Below are positions 31,660-40,162 of a stretch of 62,025 nt of DNA, one piece after another; position 1 is the stretch's first letter, and the number at the start of each line of letters is the position of its first letter. The position numbers and the translations under genes are program-made. Source of the DNA: an uncultured virus (IMG/VR IMGVR_UViG_3300028840_007129) (lineage: Duplodnaviria > Heunggongvirae > Uroviricota > Caudoviricetes); IMG/VR virus record IMGVR_UViG_3300028840_007129; one strand, 5' to 3'. A model generated the notes under the pieces. It did not search any database. It was not told the DNA's origin and worked only from the letters and a program-made list of their open reading frames with translations.

Positions 31660-32380
31660 TAGCTTCAGCCTTTAAATTGAAGACAGGGAATAGATTAGTT
31701 AAGTTACACAGTTTTAATTGCTTTTCAATGTTATCCTTACCTGTGTAGTTCCAAAAAGTTATCTTTCCCTTACGCCTATTGAAGAATTTATAGAAGTAAA
31801 TAAGAAGGTTTAAATACATGCTCGGTATGCAATCAGCATTAGGAAAGTAAAATGCTGCTTTCTTGAATCCTCTCTCTTCTAATTCTTTCTCTAAAGCGGA
31901 CCTTCTTGCATCAGAAAGAAGGTCCGTAATTTTTATCAGAGCAATATCGTTTCCAGCATCCTCAATTTTGAAGCCGTTTGGAGGAATAATCTCCTTGAAT
32001 TTGTTACTTTCTTCTTCAATAATCCTGTTGATTCTAAGTTTCACGTCGATATATTTGAGATGGTCTATAATATTGTTTGGGTCATCTTTATCGATTAGAC
32101 CCTTTATACGGTCATTGTCGACGTCCTCTTCAAGAAACGATTCGTGGCTACTCATAAGGAGTAGCTGAGCCTCAGTTTTGGGAGCTATGCTCTTTATTAG
32201 ATCTCTCCCGTTTATGGTCGGAAGAGAATAGTCTGATATGATGACATCAAAATCATCTAAGTCGGCTTTACCAAGCTCGGATGGACTGGTGAAGTGCTCG
32301 ACTTCCCACCCCAGTTCTGACCCCCGTTTTTTCACATATTCATGCTGATTGCTCTGATTCTCTATAATCGCGATCTTCAT
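31640..32380 (-). CDS. receiver domain + STAS-like domain protein
   Basis: IISDYSLPTINGRDL; C-terminal IPSMYLNLL...LKLCNLTNLFPVF. Confidence 0.7.
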   Translation of the reverse strand: MKIAIIENQSNQHEYVKKRGSELGWEVEHFTSPSELGKADLDDFDVIISDYSLPTINGRDLIKSIAPKTEAQLLLMSSHESFLEEDVDNDRIKGLIDKDDPNNIIDHLKYIDVKLRINRIIEEESNKFKEIIPPNGFKIEDAGNDIALIKITDLLSDARRSALEKELEERGFKKAAFYFPNADCIPSMYLNLLIYFYKFFNRRKGKITFWNYTGKDNIEKQLKLCNLTNLFPVFNLKAEAIKYLLG

Positions 32381-32384
32381 TAGG

Positions 32385-32837
32385 TCAGGCTCCTTTGAGA
32401 ACCTGAATAAAAGCGGCATATCCTGCTAGGATTGTCGCTAGACCTGTGAGTATACCAAAAAACCATTTGGCAGTTCGAACAGTAGCCAGGATGTTCTGCT
32501 CAAAGCGTTGTCTTTCTAAGCGTTCCATGCTTATAAGTTCAACGCGGGACTCCTTCTCTTTATTTAAATCCCTGGTGGTGGTTTCATTGAATATTTCTAT
32601 ATCGTGTATTCTGACCTCTATATTATCTAATTTTTTTCCCAGTTCAGACCATCTAAAACTTGAATTATCTACATGACCCTTCAAATCACTTAAAACGGTG
32701 GTCGTTATTTTCGACTCTTTTTCAATCCTCTGGAAGATTTCTTTCAGGTCATGATGTATAAGTGCCTGATTTTGAACGGAATCCTTAAGCTGCTGCTCCA
32801 TTCGTATCAGGGTGTCACGGTCGTTGGTATCCGGCAT
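32385..32837 (-). CDS. coiled-coil protein with C-terminal TM helix (holin-like candidate)
   Basis: WFFGILTGLATILAGYAAFI; close to M15 peptidase. Confidence 0.6.
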   Translation of the reverse strand: MPDTNDRDTLIRMEQQLKDSVQNQALIHHDLKEIFQRIEKESKITTTVLSDLKGHVDNSSFRWSELGKKLDNIEVRIHDIEIFNETTTRDLNKEKESRVELISMERLERQRFEQNILATVRTAKWFFGILTGLATILAGYAAFIQVLKGA

Positions 32838-33054
32838 CTATAAACCCTGGTGTTGAGTGTACCGTGGCATTATGGAATAAATTTACACAGCTTATTAAAA
32901 GAATATTTTAGAATATAACAGAGGGTCAGACCATATGATAGTCTGACCCTCCTGTAAGGTGAATTTAATTTACGGAGATCCTTATATAGTATGTAACCCG
33001 TTTCAGTTGTTCGACTTGATAACAGAGTTACTTCTTTATAGGGTCCTGACCTAA

Positions 33055-33510
33055 TCATTCACTGCAATAGAAATACCGGCCTTCTACGTTATAATCCTCT
33101 TCTGCTTTGATGCACTTTCTCTCTTCGTACCAATTTCCGTAGGAATTCATCTTGTAGAAATAGAGTCTGTGAACTCTCGATTTTATTACATTATCTTTTT
33201 CTATATAACTTTTCACAGCTACTAGGGCTCTACTTCTATCGCCCTTAGGATGACGTATTATGACGCCATAACTTTCGACATATATATCGACATCCTCTTC
33301 TGTATTTTCTAGGTCATAATTTGAGCAATGATAGGGAAATTCATCTATAGGAACAATTTCCCACCTGTATCTGTTGGCCTTAGCCATACTATCATAGTCT
33401 TGCTGTAGTTTGATATAATGCCTCTCAACTGTGGTTAAAAGCCTCGTATACGCGTCGGATGAGTCTACATAAACGATGCTAATAACAAGAGCAGCTAGTA
33501 GTGAAAGCAT
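33055..33510 (-). CDS. secreted hypothetical protein
   Basis: hydrophobic N-terminus, GGAGG RBS. Confidence 0.7.
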   Translation of the reverse strand: MLSLLAALVISIVYVDSSDAYTRLLTTVERHYIKLQQDYDSMAKANRYRWEIVPIDEFPYHCSNYDLENTEEDVDIYVESYGVIIRHPKGDRSRALVAVKSYIEKDNVIKSRVHRLYFYKMNSYGNWYEERKCIKAEEDYNVEGRYFYCSE

Positions 33511-33602
33511 GATGCCCTCCTCTTGTTAATAAGACCACAAGTATGTAGATCTGGATTTAATAGGCAGGATATTTATCTACTTAGATTATATCTATTAAAT
33601 CA

Positions 33603-34229
33603 TTAATTTTCAAGGGATTTAACTGCTTCAACGTAAACACTTGGTGTCCTGAAACCGTCGTACTGCTTCATATCCTTTATCTCGAACTTAAGTACAGGCA
33701 TGAGAACTGAGAAGTATCTCATGCTGAAGCCACATGTGTGAAATTGTCCCAAATCCACCGGGGCGCTTTCTGATAACATATCTGTACCAGGCTGAATTTG
33801 ATAACCGTAGAGAGTCCTAAGATACCAATGATATCCAAAGTCTTTTGGATCTGTCTCAAGTAGCATGTGAGCTATGAGGTCCACGTCGGGACATAATAAA
33901 AGAAGAGTTCCACCGGGCACCAAAACCCTGTGCCACTCCTTTAGAGCGGCTAGAGCTTTCTGGAAACTTAGGTGCTCTATCGAATGGGCGGAATAAATGG
34001 CTCTTACAGAAGAGTCCAGATAAGAGGAAAGATTGCAGATATCAGCTTTTATTACACGAGGACTAGTTGAGTAGAGGTCTAGATTATCCCAGGAATCAAA
34101 TGTTTTCTGACCACATCCAAGATTCAGATATAGACCGGGTTCTTTCTTTGCCAGTTCAATGAGCTCATTCTCTTTAGCAATCAGTATATCCCTGTTTAAT
34201 ATGAGCTCTCCATCTGATATCCGATTCAT
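33603..34229 (-). CDS. SAM-dependent methyltransferase (type 11-like)
   Basis: LNLGCG, HSIEH, EWHRVLVPGG. Confidence 0.85.
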   Translation of the reverse strand: MNRISDGELILNRDILIAKENELIELAKKEPGLYLNLGCGQKTFDSWDNLDLYSTSPRVIKADICNLSSYLDSSVRAIYSAHSIEHLSFQKALAALKEWHRVLVPGGTLLLLCPDVDLIAHMLLETDPKDFGYHWYLRTLYGYQIQPGTDMLSESAPVDLGQFHTCGFSMRYFSVLMPVLKFEIKDMKQYDGFRTPSVYVEAVKSLEN

Positions 34230-34253
34230 ATAGACCTCCTGCGATAGCCTTGC

Positions 34254-34297
34254 TTCCGAAAAAGGAGCCCCTCTCATAAATGAGGGATTCCTCAGAT
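34254..34297 (+). mobile_element. orphan copy of tnpB-associated right-end-like sequence
   Basis: near-identical to minus-strand 49847-49892 downstream of the tnpB remnant. Confidence 0.55.
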
Positions 34298-34323
34298 TTG
34301 GATCATTTTATCTTTCTTTTAAA

Positions 34324-34398
34324 TGGGCCCTACAGGATTCGAACCTGTGACCCCCTGCTTGTAAGGCAGGTGCTCTGTACCAGCTGAGCTAAGAGCCC
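34324..34398 (-). tRNA. trnV: tRNA-Val(TAC)
   Basis: CCTGC-CT TAC AA-GCAGG; no encoded CCA. Confidence 0.95.
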
Positions 34399-34406
34399 GA
34401 CGAACT

Positions 34407-34483
34407 TGGTGGGTCGTGAGGGACTTGAACCCCCGACTAACGGATTATGAGTCCGACACTCTAACCAACTGAGTTAACGACCC
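34407..34483 (-). tRNA. trnI: tRNA-Ile2(CAT) (elongator Met not excluded)
   Basis: TCGGA-CT CAT AA-TCCGT; other CAT tRNAs are in cluster 2 and the cluster-1 leader uses ATA twice. Confidence 0.85.
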
Positions 34484-34502
34484 GCATACTATCAAAAGTG
34501 AA

Positions 34503-34574
34503 CAGGCGGGGAGAGACTCGAACTCTCGGGATCGGTTTTGGAGACCGACCGTTTAGCCGCTAACGAACCCGCCT
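34503..34574 (-). tRNA. trnW: tRNA-Trp(CCA)
   Basis: TCGGT-CT CCA AA-ACCGA. Confidence 0.9.
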
Positions 34575-34580
34575 AAAAAT

Positions 34581-34657
34581 TGGCGGACCGGACGAGACTT
34601 GAACTCGCGACCTCTGGCTTGACAGGCCAGCGTTCTAACCAACTGAACTACCGGTCC
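34581..34657 (-). tRNA. trnD: tRNA-Asp(GTC)
   Basis: CTGGC-CT GTC AA-GCCAG; CCA encoded. Confidence 0.95.
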
Positions 34658-34827
34658 CCGTTTGCTATCAATTTTACTATATCCAGCACCCTGGATTCAA
34701 TCTCTTCCATTTCTATCTTCACTTCTTCCTGAACCATTTCCTCGGTCCAGCAAGTGTGAATTTTTTTGAAAGACTCCCTGACTCTTTCAGTCAGTAACTG
34801 TTCTAGATAATCTCTCAAGGATTCCAT
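34648..34827 (-). CDS. 59-aa hypothetical protein (not in ORF track)
   Basis: GAGGAGG RBS; MESLRDYLEQLL... Confidence 0.55.
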   Translation of the reverse strand: MESLRDYLEQLLTERVRESFKKIHTCWTEEMVQEEVKIEMEEIESRVLDIVKLIANGDR

Positions 34828-34880
34828 GGAACCTCCTCTAGGGGCTGAATGGAATCCTTATATCAGTAGATTATCTAAAG

Positions 34881-34954
34881 TGTCCCTGGATGGGCTCGAA
34901 CCATCAACCTTCGGCTCCGGAGGCCGACGTTCTATCCAATTGAACTACAGGGAC
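34881..34954 (-). tRNA. trnR: tRNA-Arg(CCG)
   Basis: TCGGC-CT CCG GA-GCCGA. Confidence 0.95.
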
Positions 34955-35015
34955 GCAAGTGACGCCCTTTAAAGACGGCACTCATACTCTTTCTACACGT
35001 GGCAGATGAGCTATA

Positions 35016-35089
35016 TGGGACCGGCCTGATTCGAACAGGCGACCCCTACCATGTCAAGGTAGTGCTCTAACCATCTGAGCTACGATCCC
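35016..35089 (-). tRNA. trnV: tRNA-Val(GAC)
   Basis: CTACC-TT GAC AT-GGTAG. Confidence 0.95.
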
Positions 35090-35303
35090 GGTCATTTTCT
35101 CTTTTTTCCTGAACGGTAATCTCCTTCAATTTCTTTCTGGGATTCCCACACATGGTACAGGAGCACATTTTGGTCGTATTCCTGTGCAGCCTAATCCATC
35201 GAGGAATCTCCTCCTTTGATAAAAGGGGATCACCAAAAGCACGCTTTCTCCCCTTGTACTCGCTTTTGAGAAAACGATCCCTTTTGTCCTTCGGATGAGA
35301 CAT
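35067..35303 (-). CDS. small basic Cys-motif protein
   Basis: CSCTMCGNPRKK; start MSHPK. Confidence 0.7.
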   Translation of the reverse strand: MSHPKDKRDRFLKSEYKGRKRAFGDPLLSKEEIPRWIRLHRNTTKMCSCTMCGNPRKKLKEITVQEKRENDRDRSSDG

Positions 35304-35319
35304 GAGTAACACCCCCTGT

Positions 35320-35337
35320 TTAGAGTATTGTACTCAT
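35320..35337 (-). promoter_or_regulatory. uORF MSTIL* within a start-occluding hairpin
   Basis: AAAGGAGGGAGG RBS; GACATGAGTA/TACTCATGTC 10-bp stem. Confidence 0.6.
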
Positions 35338-35360
35338 GTCCTCCCTCCTTTCGGATTTGG

Positions 35361-35437
35361 TGGCACCCCTGCCAGGACTTGAACCCGGACTCTCCTGGTC
35401 CGTAGCCAGACGCTTTATCCAGTTAAGCTACAGGGGC
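35361..35437 (-). tRNA. trnR: tRNA-Arg(ACG)
   Basis: TCTGG-CT ACG GA-CCAGG. Confidence 0.95.
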
Positions 35438-35473
35438 GTATAACTCATAGGAGGCCATCAAGCCCCTCAAAAA

Positions 35474-35548
35474 TGGTACACCCAGAAGGACTCGAACCTT
35501 CAACCCATCGGTTAAGAGCCGATTGCTCTACCATTGAGCCATGGGTGC
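35474..35548 (-). tRNA. trnK: tRNA-Lys(CTT)
   Basis: ATCGG-CT CTT AA-CCGAT. Confidence 0.95.
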
Positions 35549-35553
35549 ATATC

Positions 35554-35628
35554 TGGTACCCCCGCCAGGATTTGAACCTGGGACCCACGGTTTAAAAGAC
35601 CGCTGCGCTACCACTGCGCTACGAGGGC
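35554..35628 (-). tRNA. trnK: tRNA-Lys(TTT)
   Basis: GCGGT-CT TTT AA-ACCGT. Confidence 0.95.
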
Positions 35629-35630
35629 AT

Positions 35631-35667
35631 AAATAAAAAGACCCGCCTGATTTCTCGGGCGGGTCTT
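35631..35667 (-). terminator. attenuator 1 intrinsic terminator
   Basis: AGACCCGCC-C-GA-GAAA-TC-A-GGCGGGTCT followed by TTTTATTT. Confidence 0.9.
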
Positions 35668-35691
35668 CTGTTTCAGAATTTAAACTCTAAT

Positions 35692-35778
35692 TCAGACAGA
35701 CCCCGCCCGGTCACGCTTAACCCAGCGATCTATACGGTCACGTTTGACCCGGCGTACTATCTGAATTACAGTGCTCAT
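35692..35778 (-). CDS. leader peptide 1 (28 aa, leaderless mRNA)
   Basis: MSTVIQIVRRVKRDRIDRWVKRDRAGSV; ATG 7 nt after the -10 box; codons match cluster-1 tRNAs. Confidence 0.85.
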   Translation of the reverse strand: MSTVIQIVRRVKRDRIDRWVKRDRAGSV

Positions 35779-35785
35779 ACTGACA

Positions 35786-35814
35786 ATAATACCTTATTCT
35801 GGGCTTAAAGTCAA
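35786..35814 (-). promoter_or_regulatory. sigma70 promoter of tRNA cluster 1
   Basis: TTGACT-17-TATTAT. Confidence 0.85.
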
Positions 35815-35849
35815 TACCTAAAATGAAAAATTTTTCTGAAACTTTAAAG

Positions 35850-37043
35850 TCAGGTAATCGATATGATATTCGGGTTTGACCCGGATATGCTTAGTGTTTT
35901 CGTGGACTCAGATGAAGCTAATGGAGTTTCTCTTGGACAACTGTAGAATCCACATACATACGTAATAGGATGTTTGCTGGCAGAAACATAGGAAACTGCG
36001 TCCGGTACCTCGTCAGAGAAGGCCAATATAGTATCCGAGTTCCAATCAGCCTGACTGAAGATATCCTTGCTCCATGACGTTCTCAGATTCGCAATGACAA
36101 CGGAAGTAATGATACCAGCATCCACAAGATCCTTATAAGATTGTGCCTGCTGGACATCTCCTACCATCATCATCACATCAACTCCTGTGCCACACTTCTC
36201 CCGATACTTTTTTATAAGCTCCCTCATAAAGGTTGTCTTGCCGATGTTTCTGAGATTACCGCAGTCAATGTTCAAAATACCGTTTGACCGGCTATTATCC
36301 CATTGGGACTTTAATAGCTCAAGACCCATGGCGTTTTTGAAACTCTTGAAATCTAGGTCACTCGGCTTGATGCACGTGATATCGAAAGCACTAATACAAG
36401 GACCCATGACACCCTCTCCCATTCTTCTGGGTTTGAAGGCATCTCTTTCGAATGCGGCAATGTCGTTAAGAAATGTGCGACAGGTGAAAGAGATGCTGTC
36501 ATCGTTATTAGCTGGGTCCTTTGAGACAAGGGGCTCTAATTTATTGAAAGCTGAATGTTCCCTTATAAGGCCATCACCAGTTTGAAAGGTCCAAAATTTG
36601 TAGAGCATTGCATATGGGGCCACTTTCTTATCAGGATTGCGATAGAAGTAATTAGTCTCTTTGTCATAGAGACAGTCAGCTAGTAACTTGAAGGCCACCT
36701 GAATATGGGTTATTGCCGGTGATAGACATATCTCGCGTATCATGGTATCGAAACGAAGTTCTGCGTTCCATTCGAAGACAGCCTGCCTTACAGAATAACG
36801 TATCTGGTCCAGATACATTGTAGGGATGGCGAAAAGGAAGTCCTTTACCCATTCATTGTACGTTTTTGGAAGCGTACCGGGGAATTCTCCAAAAGTGTAG
36901 GATTTCATTTTCCTATCATCTACAGAGCTCCAGTCGAGCTTGTAGATAGATGTAGACCCAGACTCTTCAGATCCAGGCTTGAAGCTAACGTCTTCGAGAT
37001 GAATGAGTTGGGGGAAGAATAGGGGACGAGAGAAGCGTAACAT
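35850..37043 (-). CDS. hypothetical protein with degenerate P-loop
   Basis: GNLRNIGKTT ... FSDE; AGGAGG RBS. Confidence 0.7.
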   Translation of the reverse strand: MLRFSRPLFFPQLIHLEDVSFKPGSEESGSTSIYKLDWSSVDDRKMKSYTFGEFPGTLPKTYNEWVKDFLFAIPTMYLDQIRYSVRQAVFEWNAELRFDTMIREICLSPAITHIQVAFKLLADCLYDKETNYFYRNPDKKVAPYAMLYKFWTFQTGDGLIREHSAFNKLEPLVSKDPANNDDSISFTCRTFLNDIAAFERDAFKPRRMGEGVMGPCISAFDITCIKPSDLDFKSFKNAMGLELLKSQWDNSRSNGILNIDCGNLRNIGKTTFMRELIKKYREKCGTGVDVMMMVGDVQQAQSYKDLVDAGIITSVVIANLRTSWSKDIFSQADWNSDTILAFSDEVPDAVSYVSASKHPITYVCGFYSCPRETPLASSESTKTLSISGSNPNIISIT

Positions 37044-37165
37044 GGCACACCTCCTGTGCTTGTACCGGGTAAGACAAAATACCGCAGACCTTCTGCGGTT
37101 ACCACAAGCGCAGGAATTATTAATAAATTATTGATATTTTCGTAAGAGTAACAAAGGAGGCCGCC

Positions 37166-37315
37166 ATGGCTGCAACAACAACCGATGCTCAGATGGGTCA
37201 GACTAAGGGTTCTATATCTCCTACGATAGGAGTATATAAGGAGACGTATACGTGGGTTCTTGATACGAAAACGAATGTCCCCGTGGCCGTGAGGAAGTCG
37301 GTCACTATAGGGTAA
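37166..37315 (+). CDS. 49-aa hypothetical protein (not in ORF track)
   Basis: AAGGAGG RBS; MAATTTDAQMGQ... Confidence 0.6.
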   Translation: MAATTTDAQMGQTKGSISPTIGVYKETYTWVLDTKTNVPVAVRKSVTIG

Positions 37316-37466
37316 CACCGTTTTCTAGGGCTCTTCTATACGTGTTTATGGCCCTTCTGTAGTCTTCTGAAGAGACCCTTCTCTTCTTAGAATCCTTTAA
37401 TCTGTCTCTGAACCGTTCTGCGTCTTTTCCACGTAGTATAGGCGTGTCTTTTATTGGAAGGGCCAT
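37305..37466 (-). CDS. 53-aa basic protein (not in ORF track)
   Basis: GGAG RBS; MALPIKDTPILRGKDAERFR... Confidence 0.6.
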   Translation of the reverse strand: MALPIKDTPILRGKDAERFRDRLKDSKKRRVSSEDYRRAINTYRRALENGVTL

Positions 37467-37495
37467 AGGTCATCTCCAAATAAAAAAGGGGCCAA

Positions 37496-38074
37496 TCAGG
37501 CCCCTGCTACGTATGGCTTCAGGATTTTATCGACGTAGAAACGGTGAGATATCTTATTCGGGTTGTAGGCGAACCTGAATACAGCGTAATCACCCTTCCT
37601 TACGGTCGGTACTGCTGGCTTCCGAATGAGTTCAAGACCAACCTCCTCCGGTAGCTTGTTACGCTTGACCACGACATTGTGATGCCTGCAACAGCATACG
37701 CAGTTCTCATAAGATGTTGCACCACCCTTCTCTCTGGGGGTGACGTGGTCAATCGTCCTTTCGTTCTCCGTACAAGTATAGGCGAACCTTTTACCGTCTT
37801 TGGTATAGTGCCAGTACTGACACTGGTTCTTGTCCCTGTTGTAGACCCCGTGGTCACTGTAAGGGACCCTGTCAGACTTGATACGATATGAAACGAAGTG
37901 GACAAGCCTTACGACGAGAGGAATCTTGAATCTTACTTCGAAGCTGCGGACCTCTTCGTCGTCCTTGGATACGAGTACCTCAATCTTATCCTTCACAAGC
38001 CACTTGATGGCTTTCTTGAGGTCTACTTCGGTCCAGTACTCGTAATTGCGGTTAAGAACGACTACAGAATACAT
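37496..38074 (-). CDS. HNH endonuclease (McrA-like)
   Basis: VVVLN, RDKNQCQY, TIDHVTPREKGG, NCVCCC. Confidence 0.88.
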   Translation of the reverse strand: MYSVVVLNRNYEYWTEVDLKKAIKWLVKDKIEVLVSKDDEEVRSFEVRFKIPLVVRLVHFVSYRIKSDRVPYSDHGVYNRDKNQCQYWHYTKDGKRFAYTCTENERTIDHVTPREKGGATSYENCVCCCRHHNVVVKRNKLPEEVGLELIRKPAVPTVRKGDYAVFRFAYNPNKISHRFYVDKILKPYVAGA

Positions 38075-38105
38075 AGCGGGGACTAATCCTTTCTGCGAAT
38101 AAGTG

Positions 38106-38147
38106 TTAACAGAGCGTATCGTATTCTTCGTAATATTTTATTGTCAT
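38106..38147 (-). promoter_or_regulatory. uORF MTIKYYEEYDTLC* pairing with the HNH start region
   Basis: AAAGGAG RBS; ATTAC..AGAATAC complementary to GTATTCT-GTAGT at the HNH start. Confidence 0.55.
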
Positions 38148-38178
38148 TACGACTCCTTTCTTCTGCTGATAGTTCATA

Positions 38179-38251
38179 TGCCCCTAGCACGATTCGAACG
38201 TGCGACACCCGGTTTAGGAAACCAGTACTCTATCCCCTGAGCTATAGGGGC
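38179..38251 (-). tRNA. trnR: tRNA-Arg(CCT)
   Basis: CTGGT-TT CCT AA-ACCGG. Confidence 0.93.
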
Positions 38252-38258
38252 AAAAATA

Positions 38259-38335
38259 TGGCACGCCCGGCAGGATTCGAACCTGCGACCTACTGCTTAG
38301 AAGGCAGTTGCTCTATCCAGCTGAGCTACGGGCGC
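38259..38335 (-). tRNA. trnR: tRNA-Arg(TCT)
   Basis: ACTGC-CT TCT AA-GCAGT. Confidence 0.95.
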
Positions 38336-38344
38336 ACATCTCTA

Positions 38345-38431
38345 TGGCGGAGAGACCGAGATTCGAACTCGGGGTGCTTTTGGCACACACGCTCTCCAGG
38401 CGTGCTCCTTAGACCACTCGGACACCTCTCC
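38345..38431 (-). tRNA. trnS: tRNA-Ser(GGA)
   Basis: CACGC-CT GGA GA-GCGTG; long variable arm. Confidence 0.95.
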
Positions 38432-38833
38432 TTAGTCTCTCTCGTCGACACCAAGGTTGTACAAGACGTTCAAAAGTCTCCTCTTGATAATTTCTTCCGG
38501 AGTAATTGAGTTCCTCCGATAGAACAACATTATGATCGTATTATCGTTCAGAACGACTTTCCAATCGACGGTAATGGGAGAGCAAAGCTGCTTTCCGTTC
38601 CAGACGAAATCGAACTTGTAGTTCTTTTCAACATATTTGATTTTACCGGATCTGGCGTCGTCCACAAGCTCCCGGAAGATCTCGATCTTCCTGTTGATGT
38701 AATCATCCCGACGGTTGTAATCGTCTTCTCTGTGATTGAAATCCTCGTCACCCCTTCTTTCTTCATCATAGTCTTCAGGGTGGTTGATTCTCTGATTTAG
38801 TTCTCTGAGCGAAGGGTCTCCATTACCGTTCAT
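38432..38833 (-). CDS. hypothetical protein
   Basis: 133 aa, coupled to upstream ORF. Confidence 0.7.
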   Translation of the reverse strand: MNGNGDPSLRELNQRINHPEDYDEERRGDEDFNHREDDYNRRDDYINRKIEIFRELVDDARSGKIKYVEKNYKFDFVWNGKQLCSPITVDWKVVLNDNTIIMLFYRRNSITPEEIIKRRLLNVLYNLGVDERD

Positions 38834-39021
38834 ACACCTACCTGCTTGGATGTTAATGTTAACGCAATACCTATGGGCTGACTTTTAGGTTCAAGCCGCT
38901 GGAGTTTGACTGTTTTGTTCTCTAGGAATTTCAATTCCCCTACAATCTCCTGAGCCTTTTCCCTCGCAGCGATATCGTCCATAGCCTTCATTGGTATCCG
39001 AACGATAAGCTGATAGTCCAT
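38830..39021 (-). CDS. hypothetical protein
   Basis: AGGAG RBS, 63 aa. Confidence 0.65.
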   Translation of the reverse strand: MDYQLIVRIPMKAMDDIAAREKAQEIVGELKFLENKTVKLQRLEPKSQPIGIALTLTSKQVGV

Positions 39022-39063
39022 AGGGTAACTCCTGACCTAGAATATAATGTTTTATGCTGTAAG

Positions 39064-39146
39064 CGGAGAAGAGAGGACTCGAACCTCTGAGGCCTAGGGC
39101 CCTGCCGAATTTCGAATTCGGTTCCTCGACCTTCCGGACCTTCTCC
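39064..39146 (-). tRNA. trnS: tRNA-Ser(CGA)
   Basis: CCGAA-TT CGA AA-TTCGG; long variable arm. Confidence 0.88.
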
Positions 39147-39155
39147 TCTAGAAAA

Positions 39156-39233
39156 TGGTGGGCGTACCTGGACTTGAACCAGGGAACCTCCTCCTTATCA
39201 GAGAGGCGTTCTAACCAGCTGAACTATACGCCC
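39156..39233 (-). tRNA. trnI: tRNA-Ile(GAT)
   Basis: CCTCT-CT GAT AA-GGAGG. Confidence 0.93.
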
Positions 39234-39240
39234 AGAATAA

Positions 39241-39324
39241 TGGGAGTGTAAGGATTCGAACCTTCCTAGTCGTAAGACAACGGATTTACAGTCCGCCCCA
39301 GCTCACCGCCTCTGGCGCACTCCC
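39241..39324 (-). tRNA. trnY: tRNA-Tyr(GTA)
   Basis: GCGGA-CT GTA AA-TCCGT; long variable arm (bacterial type). Confidence 0.92.
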
Positions 39325-39332
39325 TTAATGAC

Positions 39333-39410
39333 TGGTACCGGAGGGCGGCCTTGAACCGCCGACTGACATACCTTATGAGGGTACCGCACTACCAACTGTG
39401 CTACTCCGGT
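39333..39410 (-). tRNA. trnM: tRNA-Met(CAT), probably elongator
   Basis: GTACC-CT CAT AA-GGTAT. Confidence 0.85.
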
Positions 39411-39415
39411 AGAAA

Positions 39416-39490
39416 TGGTTGCGGGGGCCGGACTCGAACCGGCGACCTTCGGGTTATGAGCCCGAAAAGCTACCACTGCTACACCCCGCT
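39416..39490 (-). tRNA. trnfM: initiator tRNA-fMet(CAT)
   Basis: three consecutive G-C pairs in anticodon stem; 1:72 mismatch. Confidence 0.9.
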
Positions 39491-39505
39491 ATAACTTCTG
39501 ATTAA

Positions 39506-39589
39506 TGCTCAGGACTGGATTTGAACCAGCATGGAGTTGCCCCCACGAGCTCCTGAAACTCGCGTGTCTACCACTTCCACCACCTGAGC
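39506..39589 (-). tRNA. trnL: tRNA-Leu(CAG)
   Basis: CGAGT-TT CAG GA-GCTCG. Confidence 0.92.
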
Positions 39590-39596
39590 GAAATCT

Positions 39597-39674
39597 TGGG
39601 GTGATCGAGGGGTTTCGAACCCCCAACCTCTGGAGCCACAGTCCAGTGCTCTAACCTATTGAGCTACAATCACC
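39597..39674 (-). tRNA. trnH: tRNA-His(GTG)
   Basis: CTGGA-CT GTG GC-TCCAG; G-1:C73. Confidence 0.95.
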
Positions 39675-39698
39675 ATGTATGTTCTTGTACAACCCAGA

Positions 39699-39710
39699 AT
39701 GTCAAAGAAC
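39699..39710 (-). promoter_or_regulatory. boxA-like antitermination site
   Basis: GTTCTTTGACAT. Confidence 0.55.
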
Positions 39711-39711
39711 T

Positions 39712-39796
39712 TGGCGGAGAGACGGGGACTCGAACCCCGAAGGCCAATGGCCGGTAGTTTTCAAGACTACTGGATTACCGATTATCCTATCTCTCC
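39712..39796 (-). tRNA. trnS: tRNA-Ser(TGA)
   Basis: GTAGT-CT TGA AA-ACTAC. Confidence 0.92.
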
Positions 39797-39803
39797 ATAA
39801 AAG

Positions 39804-39888
39804 AGACGTGGACTGGATTTGAACCAGCGCGTGACTCCCGTCAAATGGTTTTGCAGACCACTGCCTTCGACCACTCGGCCACCACGTC
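39804..39888 (-). tRNA. trnC: tRNA-Cys(GCA) with atypical long variable arm
   Basis: GTGGT-CT GCA AA-ACCAT; U73; variable stem TGAC-GGGA-GTCA. Confidence 0.88.
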
Positions 39889-39893
39889 ATAAC

Positions 39894-39980
39894 TGGCAGA
39901 GGAGACAGGATTCGAACCTGTGGTGGTTTTGCCACATCGGTTTAGCAAACCGACGCCTTAAGCCTCTCGGCCACTCCTCC
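39894..39980 (-). tRNA. trnS: tRNA-Ser(GCT)
   Basis: TCGGT-TT GCT AA-ACCGA. Confidence 0.95.
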
Positions 39981-39989
39981 ATACTTTCA

Positions 39990-40072
39990 TGGCTGGGACA
40001 GGCATCGAACCTGCACGAGTTTTCCTCACCAGATCCTAGGTCTGGCGCGTATACCAATTCCGCCACCCAGCC
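39990..40072 (-). tRNA. trnL: tRNA-Leu(TAG)
   Basis: CCAGA-CC TAG GA-TCTGG (C33). Confidence 0.88.
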
Positions 40073-40077
40073 TTACT

Positions 40078-40162
40078 TGGTGCCCAGGGCCCGACTTGAA
40101 CGGGCACGAGTATTCTCAGCAGGGTTTGAGGCTGCCGCGTATACCAATTCCGCCACCTGGGC
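40078..40162 (-). tRNA. trnL: tRNA-Leu(CAA)
   Basis: GCAGC-CT CAA AC-CCTGC (C31:C39 mismatch). Confidence 0.85.

Noticed and set aside
39712..39888. Selenocysteine or suppressor tRNAs and genetic-code reassignment
   Set aside because: Anticodon TGA is Ser; I found no TCA/CTA/TTA anticodons, and genes read through normally in code 11
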